Below the pieces are notes generated by a model, which saw only the letters and a program-made list of their open reading frames with translations, was not told the origin of the DNA and did no database searches. A DNA stretch of 64,000 nt, from contig CAIPPO010000220.1 in NCBI GenBank assembly GCA_903866915.1, positions 4,574-68,573 of the forward strand, read 5' to 3'. Numbering within the stretch: position 1 is the first letter of the stretch; every line of letters starts with the position of its first letter. Shown one piece after another: positions 1-9,469 of this stretch. The DNA is from an uncultured Mucilaginibacter sp. Its GTDB lineage: Bacteria; Bacteroidota; Bacteroidia; Sphingobacteriales; Sphingobacteriaceae. Made by a program: the position numbers and the translations under genes.

Positions 1-288
1 GGCGGCATTACGATTGAGGACGATGTGCAGATCGGCCCCCGGGTTAACCTCGTAACTGAGAATCATCCCCTTGATCCGGCAGATAGAAAATCGCTTTTAC
101 TAAACGGCATCTTAATTAAAAGAAATGCCTGGATTGGCGCGGGCGCTACAATTTTACCCGGCGTTACCATCGGCGAAAATTCGGTGGTTGCTGCGGGCGC
201 TTTGGTAAATAAAGACGTGCCGGACAATACGGTTGTTGCCGGTATCCCGGCAAAAGTTGTCAGGACGCTTGATTCGGGAGGTAATTAA
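1..288 (+). CDS. Hexapeptide-repeat sugar O-acetyltransferase (maltose/galactoside acetyltransferase-like), 5' partial
   Basis: Frame 1 is open from base 1 (GGITIEDDVQIGPRVNL...). LbH repeats IKRNAWIGAGATILPGVTIGENSVVAAGA and C-terminal GIPAKVVR are typical. Confidence 0.85.
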   Translation, partial: GGITIEDDVQIGPRVNLVTENHPLDPADRKSLLLNGILIKRNAWIGAGATILPGVTIGENSVVAAGALVNKDVPDNTVVAGIPAKVVRTLDSGGN

Positions 289-313
289 TTAAATCATATA
301 CTCCTAATAATAA

Positions 314-892
314 ATGAAAAACGTTGTCATCCTGGGCGCAAGCGGTAATATTGCCCGAAAAGTAATTGAACTATTGTCTGATTGGGAGGATATTAAACTT
401 ACTCTGTTTTTGCGCAAAGCGTCCCGCCTAAACGGGATCGATACCTCAGGCGCCAGCGTAATTGAGGGTGATGTATTGAATTTCGACCAGCTAAAACAGG
501 CAATATCCGGCCAGGATATTGTTTACGCCAACCTTGCCGGCAATTTGGAATCCATGGCCAAAAACATTGTCAAAGCCATGGAACAGACGGGCGTTAAAAA
601 ATTGATCTTCATCAGTTCTATAGGCATTTATGATACCCCGCTTCGTTCTGTTTTGATACCTTATCGGAGAGCAGCTGATGTATTTGAAGCCTCCGATCTC
701 GACTATACTATTTTGCGTCCAACCTGGTTTACCAATTCTAAGGAAGTCGACTATGAGCTTACACGCAAAGGCGAAGCTGAAAATGGCTCTGTGATATCCC
801 AAAAAAGCCTCGCAACTTTTATTACCAAAATCATTGAATCACCTGAAAAATATTCCCGCCAAAACCTTGGTATCAATAAGCCTAACTCCTAG
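314..892 (+). CDS. NAD(P)H-binding atypical SDR / NmrA-like oxidoreductase
   Basis: N-terminal Rossmann motif ILGASGNIA; LDYTILRPTWF typical of the NAD_binding_10 family. Confidence 0.85.
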   Translation: MKNVVILGASGNIARKVIELLSDWEDIKLTLFLRKASRLNGIDTSGASVIEGDVLNFDQLKQAISGQDIVYANLAGNLESMAKNIVKAMEQTGVKKLIFISSIGIYDTPLRSVLIPYRRAADVFEASDLDYTILRPTWFTNSKEVDYELTRKGEAENGSVISQKSLATFITKIIESPEKYSRQNLGINKPNS

Positions 893-982
893 CCTGGCTA
901 CAGCGCGCATCATCTGTAATTTTGCAATGTAAGTAGCAGGTAAAAAGGCTAAACTTAGCAACACAATTCTTAACGGCAATGT

Positions 983-990
983 TAGCTTTG
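983..990 (+). promoter_or_regulatory. Bacteroidota housekeeping promoter -7 box (TAGCTTTG)
   Basis: Exact TAnnTTTG match 21 nt upstream of the ATG at 1012. Confidence 0.55.
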
Positions 991-1011
991 CATTGACTTC
1001 AAAAAACAGCA

Positions 1012-1659
1012 ATGTATAAAAACCTTTGCTTTGTATTTTTATTATTGACTTGCTATGCACATGCGCAGATCGGGACCAATTGGGTATTGAAAGAAAACAG
1101 CAAGGGCATAAAGATCTTTACGGGCGATGTAGAAACTTCAAAAGTTAAAGCTATCCGGGTGCAATGCGAAGTTGATGCTACGCTTTCGCAGGTGGTTGCT
1201 ATGCTGATGGATATTAAAGGGAGCGAAGAATGGTTGTACCATACCTCTTCCAATTATATTGTTAAACAAGTATCACCCTCAGATTTGTATTACTATTCAC
1301 TGGTAAATATGCCCTGGCCGGTAAGCGACCGCGATTTTATAGCGCATTTAATGGTATCGCAAAATCCACAAACCAAAGTGGTAACTATCGACGCCCCTTG
1401 TAATGTTGATATGGTGCCGGCAAAACCGGGCATCGTCAGGATAGCTCATTCGAAAGGAAAGTGGATACTTACACCAGCAGGCGCCAATCGGGTAAAAATA
1501 GATTATACACTGCATGCCGACCCTGGTGGATTGATACCAGCCTGGCTCACCAATATGTTTGCCACTGAAGGCCCATCGCAAAGCTTCAAAAAATTTAAGG
1601 TGAGTTTACAGAAAGCTGCATACCGGAACGCAAAAGTAGACTACATCCTTAACTGGTAA
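1012..1659 (+). CDS. START-domain lipid-binding protein with signal peptide
   Basis: W-x-L-x-K..GIKIF start and YSLVNMPWPVSDRDF, DPGGLIPAWLTN motifs of bacterial START proteins; hydrophobic N-terminus ending AHA-Q. Confidence 0.85.
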   Translation: MYKNLCFVFLLLTCYAHAQIGTNWVLKENSKGIKIFTGDVETSKVKAIRVQCEVDATLSQVVAMLMDIKGSEEWLYHTSSNYIVKQVSPSDLYYYSLVNMPWPVSDRDFIAHLMVSQNPQTKVVTIDAPCNVDMVPAKPGIVRIAHSKGKWILTPAGANRVKIDYTLHADPGGLIPAWLTNMFATEGPSQSFKKFKVSLQKAAYRNAKVDYILNW

Positions 1660-1692
1660 TTGGCCCTAAAGCCAATAGCTGATTGGCTGATT

Positions 1693-2229
1693 TTATAAAG
1701 CAGTCCACTCCAATTTTGAGATATCAAAACCAAGCGCCGTTGCTTTAGCGAAGAAACGTTCCTTTATTTCGTCGGGTACTGCGTTTTCACGCGAAATAAT
1801 CCAAAGGTATTCCAGACTGCTGCCCGATACCATAGCATAACGGTATTTTGCATCCACGTCAAGGATATTGTAATCTAAATAAATAGGCAGGAAATACGAT
1901 ACTTTAAGCTGTCCGCGGTTATCCGGACCAACAAATTTAGCCTTGCCTTCAGCTTCTACGGGTTTATTTTTATCGAAATTATAAGCGCGTGTGATCACCG
2001 CGAGCGAACCGTCATCATTCAGGGAATATTCGTCGGTAACATTCTTAAGGTTTTTCTCAATGCGGTTAGGCAGTCGTGCCACTTCATTCCAAAGGCCAAG
2101 ATATTTATGTTTATCAAAGGGCTGTACAATAGCACTCTTCGGAATCTTATTTTTTGGCCATAGCGCATAAGCCAATCCGGCAGCTCCTGCGCCGGCAGCT
2201 AAAGCAATAAGCCAATTCTGTTTTTTCAT
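1693..2229 (-). CDS. Lipocalin family protein (Blc-like) with N-terminal membrane anchor
   Basis: KYLGLWNEVARL (lipocalin GxW motif), LKVSYF..YLDYNILDVD..YRYAMVSG..YLWIISR. Confidence 0.85.
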   Translation of the reverse strand: MKKQNWLIALAAGAGAAGLAYALWPKNKIPKSAIVQPFDKHKYLGLWNEVARLPNRIEKNLKNVTDEYSLNDDGSLAVITRAYNFDKNKPVEAEGKAKFVGPDNRGQLKVSYFLPIYLDYNILDVDAKYRYAMVSGSSLEYLWIISRENAVPDEIKERFFAKATALGFDISKLEWTAL

Positions 2230-2367
2230 ATAGCAATAACGGGATAGACGAGGTTTTGTTGGTCGAAATTTACAAAAAAAACGGCATTTTATATCGTGTC
2301 AGTTAAAATATGGCAGATAAATGGCGTAATGATGTCCTATTAATAAACAGTTTTCGTCCGAAAAGTC

Positions 2368-2375
2368 TATGTTTG
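2368..2375 (+). promoter_or_regulatory. Bacteroidota -7 promoter box (TATGTTTG)
   Basis: TAnnTTTG match 21 nt upstream of the likely MFS start at 2397. Confidence 0.45.
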
Positions 2376-2396
2376 AATTTTGCTTTACCTAACAAA

Positions 2397-3677
2397 ATGA
2401 AACCGACCCAAGTCAATCCAGTCAGACGTATTCTCATTGCCAGCCTGATTGGCACAACCATTGAATTTTTTGATTTTTATATCTATGCTACTGCAGCAGT
2501 GCTGGTATTTCCCAAATTATTTTTCCCGTCAGGAAATTCCAACGCCGCAACGCTGGAGTCGCTGGGCACCTTTGCGCTTGCTTTTTTAGCACGCCCCATC
2601 GGGGCCGTAATTTTCGGTCACTTCGGCGATCGAAAAGGACGCAAAGCAACGCTGGTAGCCGCATTAATGACCATGGGGCCATCAACGGTAGCTATTGGTT
2701 TGTTACCTGGGTATGCCAGCATCGGTATATTTGCCCCTATCCTCCTAGCAGTTTTCCGTTTCGGGCAGGGGCTCGGCCTGGGCGGCGAATGGGGCGGGGC
2801 GGTTTTACTGGCTACCGAACATGCCCCACAGGGTAAAAAGGCCTGGTACGGCATGTTCCCGCAGTTGGGAGCACCTATCGGTTTCCTTTTTTCGAGTGGT
2901 ATTTTTTTGCTGCTGAGTAAAAATCTTAGCGATCAACAATTCATCAGTTTTGGCTGGCGAATCCCCTTTATAGCAAGTGCATTGCTGGTATGGGTTGGTC
3001 TTTATGTAAGGCTAAAAATTGCCGAAACTCCTGATTTCATCAAGATCATCGAAAAAGATGAACGCGTTAAAGTTCCCTTTGCAGAGGTGTTTCTAAAGCA
3101 TACCAAAGCGATTGTACTGGGCACTTTCGCTACCATTACTACCTTTCTTTTGTTCTATCTGATGACGGTTTTTACCATCAGTTGGGGCACCACAAAATTC
3201 CATTATACTCGTACGGGCTTTCTTGTTGCCCAAATGATATCCATGTTATTTTTTGCGATAGGCATACCGCTGTCAGCTGTTATGGCCGATAAATTCGGTC
3301 GTGGTAAAATACTGATAACTGTTACTATACTCATTTTTGCCTATGGTTTGGTATTTGAACCGTTATTCGTTCCGGGCAACTGGTTGCTTACCGTGGCTTT
3401 CCTGGCACTGGGTATGTTTTTGATGGGACTCACTTACGGCCCTACAGGCACAACACTGGCTGGCATATTCCCGGCATCGGTGCGTTATACCGGCTCCTCG
3501 CTGGCATTTACGCTGGCTGGCATAATAGGCGCATCGCCTGCACCTTTGGTGGCTACCAAATTGGCGTCAATTTACCATATGAGCTATGTGGGCTATTACT
3601 TGTCGTTTGCTGCATTAATCACTTTACTAGCTTTGATAGCCGTAAGAGGTAAACTAACCGAATCAGAATCAAAATAA
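2397..3677 (+). CDS. MFS transporter, metabolite:H+ symporter (ShiA/ProP-like) family
   Basis: GTTIEFFDFYIY, GHFGDRKGRK, QGLGLGGEWGGA motifs; about 12 TM segments. Start set at the internal ATG 2397 (MKPTQVNP). Confidence 0.9.
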   Translation: MKPTQVNPVRRILIASLIGTTIEFFDFYIYATAAVLVFPKLFFPSGNSNAATLESLGTFALAFLARPIGAVIFGHFGDRKGRKATLVAALMTMGPSTVAIGLLPGYASIGIFAPILLAVFRFGQGLGLGGEWGGAVLLATEHAPQGKKAWYGMFPQLGAPIGFLFSSGIFLLLSKNLSDQQFISFGWRIPFIASALLVWVGLYVRLKIAETPDFIKIIEKDERVKVPFAEVFLKHTKAIVLGTFATITTFLLFYLMTVFTISWGTTKFHYTRTGFLVAQMISMLFFAIGIPLSAVMADKFGRGKILITVTILIFAYGLVFEPLFVPGNWLLTVAFLALGMFLMGLTYGPTGTTLAGIFPASVRYTGSSLAFTLAGIIGASPAPLVATKLASIYHMSYVGYYLSFAALITLLALIAVRGKLTESESK

Positions 3678-3798
3678 GGTTTGCTGCTTTTTATTTCGGG
3701 TAAGGGCTTGTCTGACACAAAGTTTTAATTATTATTGTGTCAGATACACACTTTGGATTCACCATCCACCTATAAACCCTTTAACCGACCTGCAATTA

Positions 3799-4944
3799 AT
3801 GACGAAAGCGCCTGTATACCTCGAAAGTAAAAATCACTATCCCATCCTTGATGGTTTGCGTGGTGTAGCCTCTATCCTGGTGATCACTTTCCACGTGTTT
3901 GAAACCTTTACAGGCGGCAACCGATTTATTCAGATCATTAATCATGGTTATTTGGCGGTGGATTTCTTTTTCCTGCTTTCGGGCTTTGTGGTAGCGTATG
4001 CCTATGACGACCGCTGGACTAAAATGACTCAGTGGGATTTTTATAAAAGGCGACTGGTACGTTTGCAACCCATGGTAATCATGGGTTCGGTTATTGGAGC
4101 TTTATTGTTTTATCTGCAAGCCGGACAAGCCTTCCCATTGATTGCAGGAACACCTGTATGGCAGGTATTGTTACTGATGATCATCGGAAGTACACTTATT
4201 CCTGTACCGCTTTCTATGGATATCCGTGGCTGGCAGGAAATGCATCCGCTCGATGGACCCGCCTGGTCGCTTTTTTTCGAATACATCGCTAATATTCTTT
4301 ATGCATTGATCGTGCGCCGATTTCCTAAATGGCTCCTGGCGATTTTTGTTTTTCTGGCCGCAGCAATGATGGTAAATTACCTGGTTGCAGGCCCGCAGGG
4401 CGATCTGATCGGTGGCTGGTCGCTTACCAAAGAACAACTTTATGTTGGCTTTACGCGCCTCCTGTTCCCTTTCTTTGGGGGAGTTTTATTATGTCGCCTC
4501 GGCAAACTTATCCGGATCAAAAATGCCTTTTGGATCGCCAGTTTGCTTATTGTTGTTGTTTTAAGCATCCCCAGGATTGGCGGCCCCAATACACTCTGGC
4601 AAAACGGCCTTTATGACGCATTTTGCGTTATCCTTGCGTTTCCGCTCATTGTTTCCATCGGTGCCGGCGGCGAGATCAAGAACCCGCAATCCGCCAAAAT
4701 CTGTAAGTTCCTGGGCGATATCTCGTATCCGCTTTATATCACACATTACCCTTTGATCTATGTTTATACTGCCTGGGTTGTGGATGATAAAATTCCGCTG
4801 GGACCAAAAGGATTGCTGGTTGGGTTAGCATTGGTGGTTGTCAGCATTGCGCTGGCCTACGCCTGTCTCAAGCTTTATGATGAGCCGGTACGTGAATGGC
4901 TGCGCAAAAAAGTATTGGTAAAAAAGGCTGAAGTAGCGGGCTGA
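3799..4944 (+). CDS. Acyltransferase family 3 (OafA/YrhL-like) membrane O-acyltransferase
   Basis: LDGLRGVA, GYLAVDFFFLLSGFV, PAWSLFFEY, GDISYPLYITH motifs. Confidence 0.9.
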   Translation: MTKAPVYLESKNHYPILDGLRGVASILVITFHVFETFTGGNRFIQIINHGYLAVDFFFLLSGFVVAYAYDDRWTKMTQWDFYKRRLVRLQPMVIMGSVIGALLFYLQAGQAFPLIAGTPVWQVLLLMIIGSTLIPVPLSMDIRGWQEMHPLDGPAWSLFFEYIANILYALIVRRFPKWLLAIFVFLAAAMMVNYLVAGPQGDLIGGWSLTKEQLYVGFTRLLFPFFGGVLLCRLGKLIRIKNAFWIASLLIVVVLSIPRIGGPNTLWQNGLYDAFCVILAFPLIVSIGAGGEIKNPQSAKICKFLGDISYPLYITHYPLIYVYTAWVVDDKIPLGPKGLLVGLALVVVSIALAYACLKLYDEPVREWLRKKVLVKKAEVAG

Positions 4945-4950
4945 TTACCC

Positions 4951-5616
4951 TTACTCGCCGCCATTGATCATATCAGATACCACACCTTTGTGCTGTTTGC
5001 GCTCACCCAAAACTACGCCTGCGAGGTGAATAAGCGTAAAACCCAGGATGAGATACATGGTAAACCCATGGATATCGCGGATAAAATGCAATTGCTTAAT
5101 TGCTGGTACATATTCTCCGATGGCCAGTGAGAGTCCTGATATAACCATCACAACCAGCAACAGGTAGAAGATAGCATAAAGGGTTTTGATCAGCATTTCG
5201 TTGCGGGAGGCAATACGATCTTCCTTGCGTTGTAAAAATGATTCGCGGGCGGCTTTGATCTTGCGGATCAGCTTTTTATCGCTCAATTCAAAAAACTCCA
5301 GACCGACCCGAAACAGGAAGAGCCCTGCCAGCACATAGCCCAGGTAAGTATGAATTGCCCAAACCTGATCGGCTAAGCCAAAGGCCACCGGGCGCACCTG
5401 ATCTTCGTTTACTTTAATGCCCTGCTCTTTGAGCTTATCGGCTATGAACGCTGCATTGGTCCAGGGTTTTAATACAGTAGAGTTTACAGCTACTGTAATT
5501 AAAAGCCCTGTAATTACCAGTGCATTCAGCCAATGCCAGAGGCGGATAGCCGGAGAGTATTTTTTGTTGCGGCTTGTTGCTACAGGTACCAAAACCGCTG
5601 CTTGATGATTTTCCAT
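4951..5616 (-). CDS. Cytochrome b/b6-domain membrane protein (di-heme, Ni-Fe hydrogenase cytochrome b-like)
   Basis: IRLWHWLNA, WAIHTYLGY, RDIHGF, LIHLAGV give four heme-ligand His in TM helices; ends SDMING. Start set at MENHQ. Confidence 0.8.
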   Translation of the reverse strand: MENHQAAVLVPVATSRNKKYSPAIRLWHWLNALVITGLLITVAVNSTVLKPWTNAAFIADKLKEQGIKVNEDQVRPVAFGLADQVWAIHTYLGYVLAGLFLFRVGLEFFELSDKKLIRKIKAARESFLQRKEDRIASRNEMLIKTLYAIFYLLLVVMVISGLSLAIGEYVPAIKQLHFIRDIHGFTMYLILGFTLIHLAGVVLGERKQHKGVVSDMINGGE

Positions 5617-5811
5617 TTTATTCTTTTTGTTGATTCGATAGAACGAATTAACAGCAAGGCCTTGAATGGCTAAAATGAAATAGACCGGAGATAAGCTCAT
5701 ACCGACCACCCCTTAATTTTTGGCGATAAAAGCCGAAATCAGGACCAGGAATTTGCCCGTCGGGTAAAAATCAGCTTTGGCAGATGATAAATGCCGGTTC
5801 AGCGGTTAATA

Positions 5812-7053
5812 CTACTCTGCAAACTTCATTACCGCCTTAAAAACCTGTTCGCGTATGGTATTAACGTTATAATATTCTTTTTCGTTGATCAGACCCATTT
5901 GCTGGCGGTTGATCAGCAGGATGATGGAGAGTTGTTTTGACGGTACAACGGTAATACTTGTTCCGGTGAAACCAGTATGCCCAAACGTTCCATCCGGGCC
6001 ATTCTTCATAAAGGAGTTGACCGGATCCATCATCCAACCCAGTCCATTATTAAAGTGATCTTTGGTCAGAAAAGTATTGATGGTTGCTTCCGAAATAAAC
6101 GGCTTATCCCCCACCTTACCCTTATTGCGCAGCATATCAACCAATTTTTGCAGATCATCTACTGTCGAAAAAATACCGGCGGCACCTGAAATACCTTTTT
6201 CAGCATACCAGGCGTTGCCGTCGTTCACTTCGCCACGCAATACATAATGCCGCCAGCCGTTCCAGCTATTCGGATCGATCTCCTTGAACTGGAAGCCAAG
6301 CGCCGGGTCGTGCACCATACGGTACTCGTAAGGGTTACCAAAGGAGGTGGCCGCTATAGGCATTTTGGGATCTTTTTTTAGGGGATTATACAAGGTATGC
6401 TTCATCCCCAGCGGAATGAATATGTTTTGCTCCTCAAACTGATCCAGCGATTGTCCGGAAACGATCTCCACGATCTCGCCCAGAATCGTAAAACCCAGGT
6501 CACTGTATTTGCGCTGTGCACCTACCGGGAAAGCAAGGGGTAATTCGCCGATGAGCTTAAAGGTTTGTTGCTTATCGGATGCCCGGTAATACAGCGGGTA
6601 CCATTCAAACAAGCCTGCGGTATGGGTTAATAAATGCCGGATAGTGATCGCAGCTTTGTCTGGTGAAGTAAAAGCTTTGATGTATTTACCTACAGGATCA
6701 TCCACATGTATCAATCCCCGGTCGGCCAGCAGCATGATGGAGGTTGTGGTGCCCACCACTTTGGTCAGGGAAGCAATATCAAACAGATGGTCGGTAGTTA
6801 AAAGTTCCGGTTCAGCCAGAGGTTTGAGCTCGTAATTGAATTTTTGCGCATAGCCATAGGCCTGGCGGTATAGTACCTCATCACCCTTTTTAATTTCGAT
6901 GACGGCACCGGGTATCTTGTTATCGTTTATTTTCTCACGAATGATACTATCGATCTGCCGGGTAAGCACGAGGCGGGAGGCGCTTTGCGCATGGGCATTG
7001 AGCGTGGTGGCGACTATCAGCGTCAGGCATAAAATGTTTCTTAACCTCAGCAT
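5812..7053 (-). CDS. Secreted serine hydrolase, beta-lactamase class C / AmpC-like family
   Basis: Signal peptide; FDIASLTK (SxxK), LLTHTAG, YSDLGF, FGHTGFTGT motifs. Confidence 0.9.
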   Translation of the reverse strand: MLRLRNILCLTLIVATTLNAHAQSASRLVLTRQIDSIIREKINDNKIPGAVIEIKKGDEVLYRQAYGYAQKFNYELKPLAEPELLTTDHLFDIASLTKVVGTTTSIMLLADRGLIHVDDPVGKYIKAFTSPDKAAITIRHLLTHTAGLFEWYPLYYRASDKQQTFKLIGELPLAFPVGAQRKYSDLGFTILGEIVEIVSGQSLDQFEEQNIFIPLGMKHTLYNPLKKDPKMPIAATSFGNPYEYRMVHDPALGFQFKEIDPNSWNGWRHYVLRGEVNDGNAWYAEKGISGAAGIFSTVDDLQKLVDMLRNKGKVGDKPFISEATINTFLTKDHFNNGLGWMMDPVNSFMKNGPDGTFGHTGFTGTSITVVPSKQLSIILLINRQQMGLINEKEYYNVNTIREQVFKAVMKFAE

Positions 7054-7065
7054 AAAATTTACTAG

Positions 7066-7566
7066 TTATTTACTACCAGGCGGAAGGTAACCGGAAATTG
7101 GACCAGCTGTCTTCCGCATCAGCAACTCGGTAAAACCTTGTTTCACGAAATTGGGTAATTCGCCTACTAATTCAAACCCAAAACGGGTATAAAGTTTTAT
7201 CGCCCCTTCATTGAACGCACTAACGCAAATAAAAAGATTAGGAGAATAAGCCAGGATATGCTGCACGCAGAATTTCAAAAGAAGCGTACCATAGCCTAAC
7301 CCGCGGCAGTTTCCGTCGACGCATAAAGTTTTGATATAGCCTTTAAAACTACCATACTCCTGCAGCATCACAAAACCCAATAGTTTGTCATCCCGCAGCA
7401 AAACAAACACCGTGTTTTCAGGCTTGCCAAAAGCTGCAAGGCATTCCTCATAGCTGATATCCATACTTAACCAGGGGTCGCTTACTGCCATTAGAGTAGC
7501 GCAGGCGGCAAAGTCGGCTCGATCGTTCGTCAGCCTGATATCCGCATTGATCTTATTGTTCGCCAT
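7066..7566 (-). CDS. GNAT N-acetyltransferase
   Basis: LCVDGNCRGLGYGTLLL acetyl-CoA loop and NEGAIKLYTRFGF motif. Confidence 0.85.
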   Translation of the reverse strand: MANNKINADIRLTNDRADFAACATLMAVSDPWLSMDISYEECLAAFGKPENTVFVLLRDDKLLGFVMLQEYGSFKGYIKTLCVDGNCRGLGYGTLLLKFCVQHILAYSPNLFICVSAFNEGAIKLYTRFGFELVGELPNFVKQGFTELLMRKTAGPISGYLPPGSK

Positions 7567-9016
7567 ATTTCTTTCGCTTAATCAATATCAAAAATAAAAT
7601 CGTCAACAAAGCATTCAGCAGGATATTCATAAAACCAAGGTCGAACTGGAATGCTTGCAGAAACACCAAATTCAAAACCCATGTTAAAAGCGCAGCCGAA
7701 ACGCAGGCAAGCGGCACCCATTTTTCCTGCATTTGCAGTTTGGAAAATAAGCCAGTGAGGTATAAACCCAGTATCGGCCCATAAGTATAGCCCGCTATCT
7801 TGAATATGGTATTGATGATGGCACCCTGGCTGTTCCAAAAACTCATCACGATCACGAACATCGCCAGGTTTACCCCGAGTAAAACGCGGTTCTTGATCTT
7901 CTTTTTATCCTCAGGTGCTTTACTTTCGATATCCATAAAATCATAACTAAAGGCTGTGGTGAGTGCTGCGATACAGGCATCTATACTGGCAAAGGTGCTG
8001 GCAATAATACCGATAAAAAAGGCGATGGCACCAATCTGTCCGAAGTAGTGCAAGGTCAGGAAAGGATACAAACCATCGGTATCCGTAAATTGGCCGTTCT
8101 GACTGCTTAATTTTATTCCATGGCGTTCGGCAAAAAGATATAGCAATACCCCCAGTCCTAAAAACAGGGTTTGTGCCGCTGCGATAAAAAAACTAAAGGT
8201 GAGCACATTGCGTTTTGCCCCTGCCGCATTGTTGATGGTAAGCGTTTTTTGCATCATGCTCTGATCCAGTCCCACCAGGGCAACCGTGATAAGCAAACCC
8301 GAAATAAACTGTTTGAAAAAATTGGAGCCCGAATGCCAGTCCCAATCAAACAGTTTGGCATAAGGGTGATGTGCAATTGTACTGAACATACCGCCAATAG
8401 TCAGCCCAAGCGAATTTTTAATGGTAAGGATGGATACGATCATCACCGTGATCAGAAACAGCGACTGTAAAGCGTCGGTCCATACAATAGTTTTGATACC
8501 TGATTTATTGGTGTAAAGCCATATCAGCACCAATACGATAATAATGGTGACAAAGTAAGGGATGTGCAGGCCATCAAAAAAGGCATACTGCAATATCTTG
8601 ACCGACAACAATAACCTAAGCGCTGCGCCAAACGACTGCGACACCAGAAAAAACAATGAACCGGTTTTATAGGTCACCTTACCAAAACGGATATTAAGGT
8701 AGGTATAGATCGATACCAGTTTAAGCCGGTAATAGATCGGCGTCAGCACAAAAGCAATAAACAGGTAACCGGCAATGGTACCCAGGATGAACTGAAAATA
8801 GAACAGATTGTTATTACCCACATTCCCCGGAATAGACACCAGCGAAACCGCCGAAATACCCGAACCGATCATCCCAAACGCCACCAGGAACCACGGCGAG
8901 GAACGGTCGCCATCAAAAAAGCTATTGGCCTTGTTGTGGCGCGAAGTTAGGCGGGCGATAAGCATCAGCAAACCGAAATAACCGAGGATGATATAGAGGA
9001 TGAGGGAGGGGGTCAT
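7553..9016 (-). CDS. Sodium:solute symporter (SSS family)
   Basis: FFDGDRSSPWFLVAFGMIG, SIYTYLNIRFG, GIKTIVWTDALQ, GLDQSMMQK motifs; about 13 TM segments; overlaps the GNAT gene by 14 nt. Confidence 0.9.
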   Translation of the reverse strand: MTPSLILYIILGYFGLLMLIARLTSRHNKANSFFDGDRSSPWFLVAFGMIGSGISAVSLVSIPGNVGNNNLFYFQFILGTIAGYLFIAFVLTPIYYRLKLVSIYTYLNIRFGKVTYKTGSLFFLVSQSFGAALRLLLSVKILQYAFFDGLHIPYFVTIIIVLVLIWLYTNKSGIKTIVWTDALQSLFLITVMIVSILTIKNSLGLTIGGMFSTIAHHPYAKLFDWDWHSGSNFFKQFISGLLITVALVGLDQSMMQKTLTINNAAGAKRNVLTFSFFIAAAQTLFLGLGVLLYLFAERHGIKLSSQNGQFTDTDGLYPFLTLHYFGQIGAIAFFIGIIASTFASIDACIAALTTAFSYDFMDIESKAPEDKKKIKNRVLLGVNLAMFVIVMSFWNSQGAIINTIFKIAGYTYGPILGLYLTGLFSKLQMQEKWVPLACVSAALLTWVLNLVFLQAFQFDLGFMNILLNALLTILFLILIKRKKYGEQ

Positions 9017-9067
9017 TTTGCTGCGCTGTTATTGGGTCATTGGGGATTGGGCTTTTTTTGGGTAGGC

Positions 9068-9271
9068 CTAATTAAATGCTACTACAAATTCTATCGCGGA
9101 AAGTATAAATATTGACAGAACCACTCCTGCAAATACAAATGCAGCCTTTCTTATTTTGGTTGAATCCTTAGTTCTAAACCATGCCATTAAATTTAAAGTA
9201 ACAACCACCATACCAGGTGCTATTATAATTATTTTAAAAATAGTAAGTATGATATACAGGGTGCTTTTCAT
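9068..9271 (-). CDS. Small hypothetical two-TM membrane protein, AT-rich
   Basis: 67-aa ORF with two hydrophobic segments separated by a basic loop (RTKDSTKIRK); no recognised family. Confidence 0.5.
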   Translation of the reverse strand: MKSTLYIILTIFKIIIIAPGMVVVTLNLMAWFRTKDSTKIRKAAFVFAGVVLSIFILSAIEFVVAFN

Positions 9272-9428
9272 GCTGATAGCGCTTTTAAAATGTTAACAGA
9301 CAGTGCGGCGCTAAACTGTGTTTAATAAATTCTAAGCTACCTTATTTTGTTGAATTTGAATAGCATCGTTGAACATTCGCGCTAACAATCTAAACAACAG
9401 AATGTAAGTTCAGATTGGACTTTCATTG

Positions 9429-9462
9429 TTCGTCGGTGGGGACACCGACGAAGGAGGGCGGG
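9429..9462. repeat. REP-like palindrome (stem-GTG GGGA CAC-stem followed by GGGCGGG)
   Basis: Perfect 10-bp inverted repeat TTCGTCGGTG/CACCGACGAA with a GGGA loop, just downstream of the decarboxylase stop; same architecture as the units at 19293-19445. Confidence 0.7.
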
Positions 9463-9469
9463 AGGCGCA

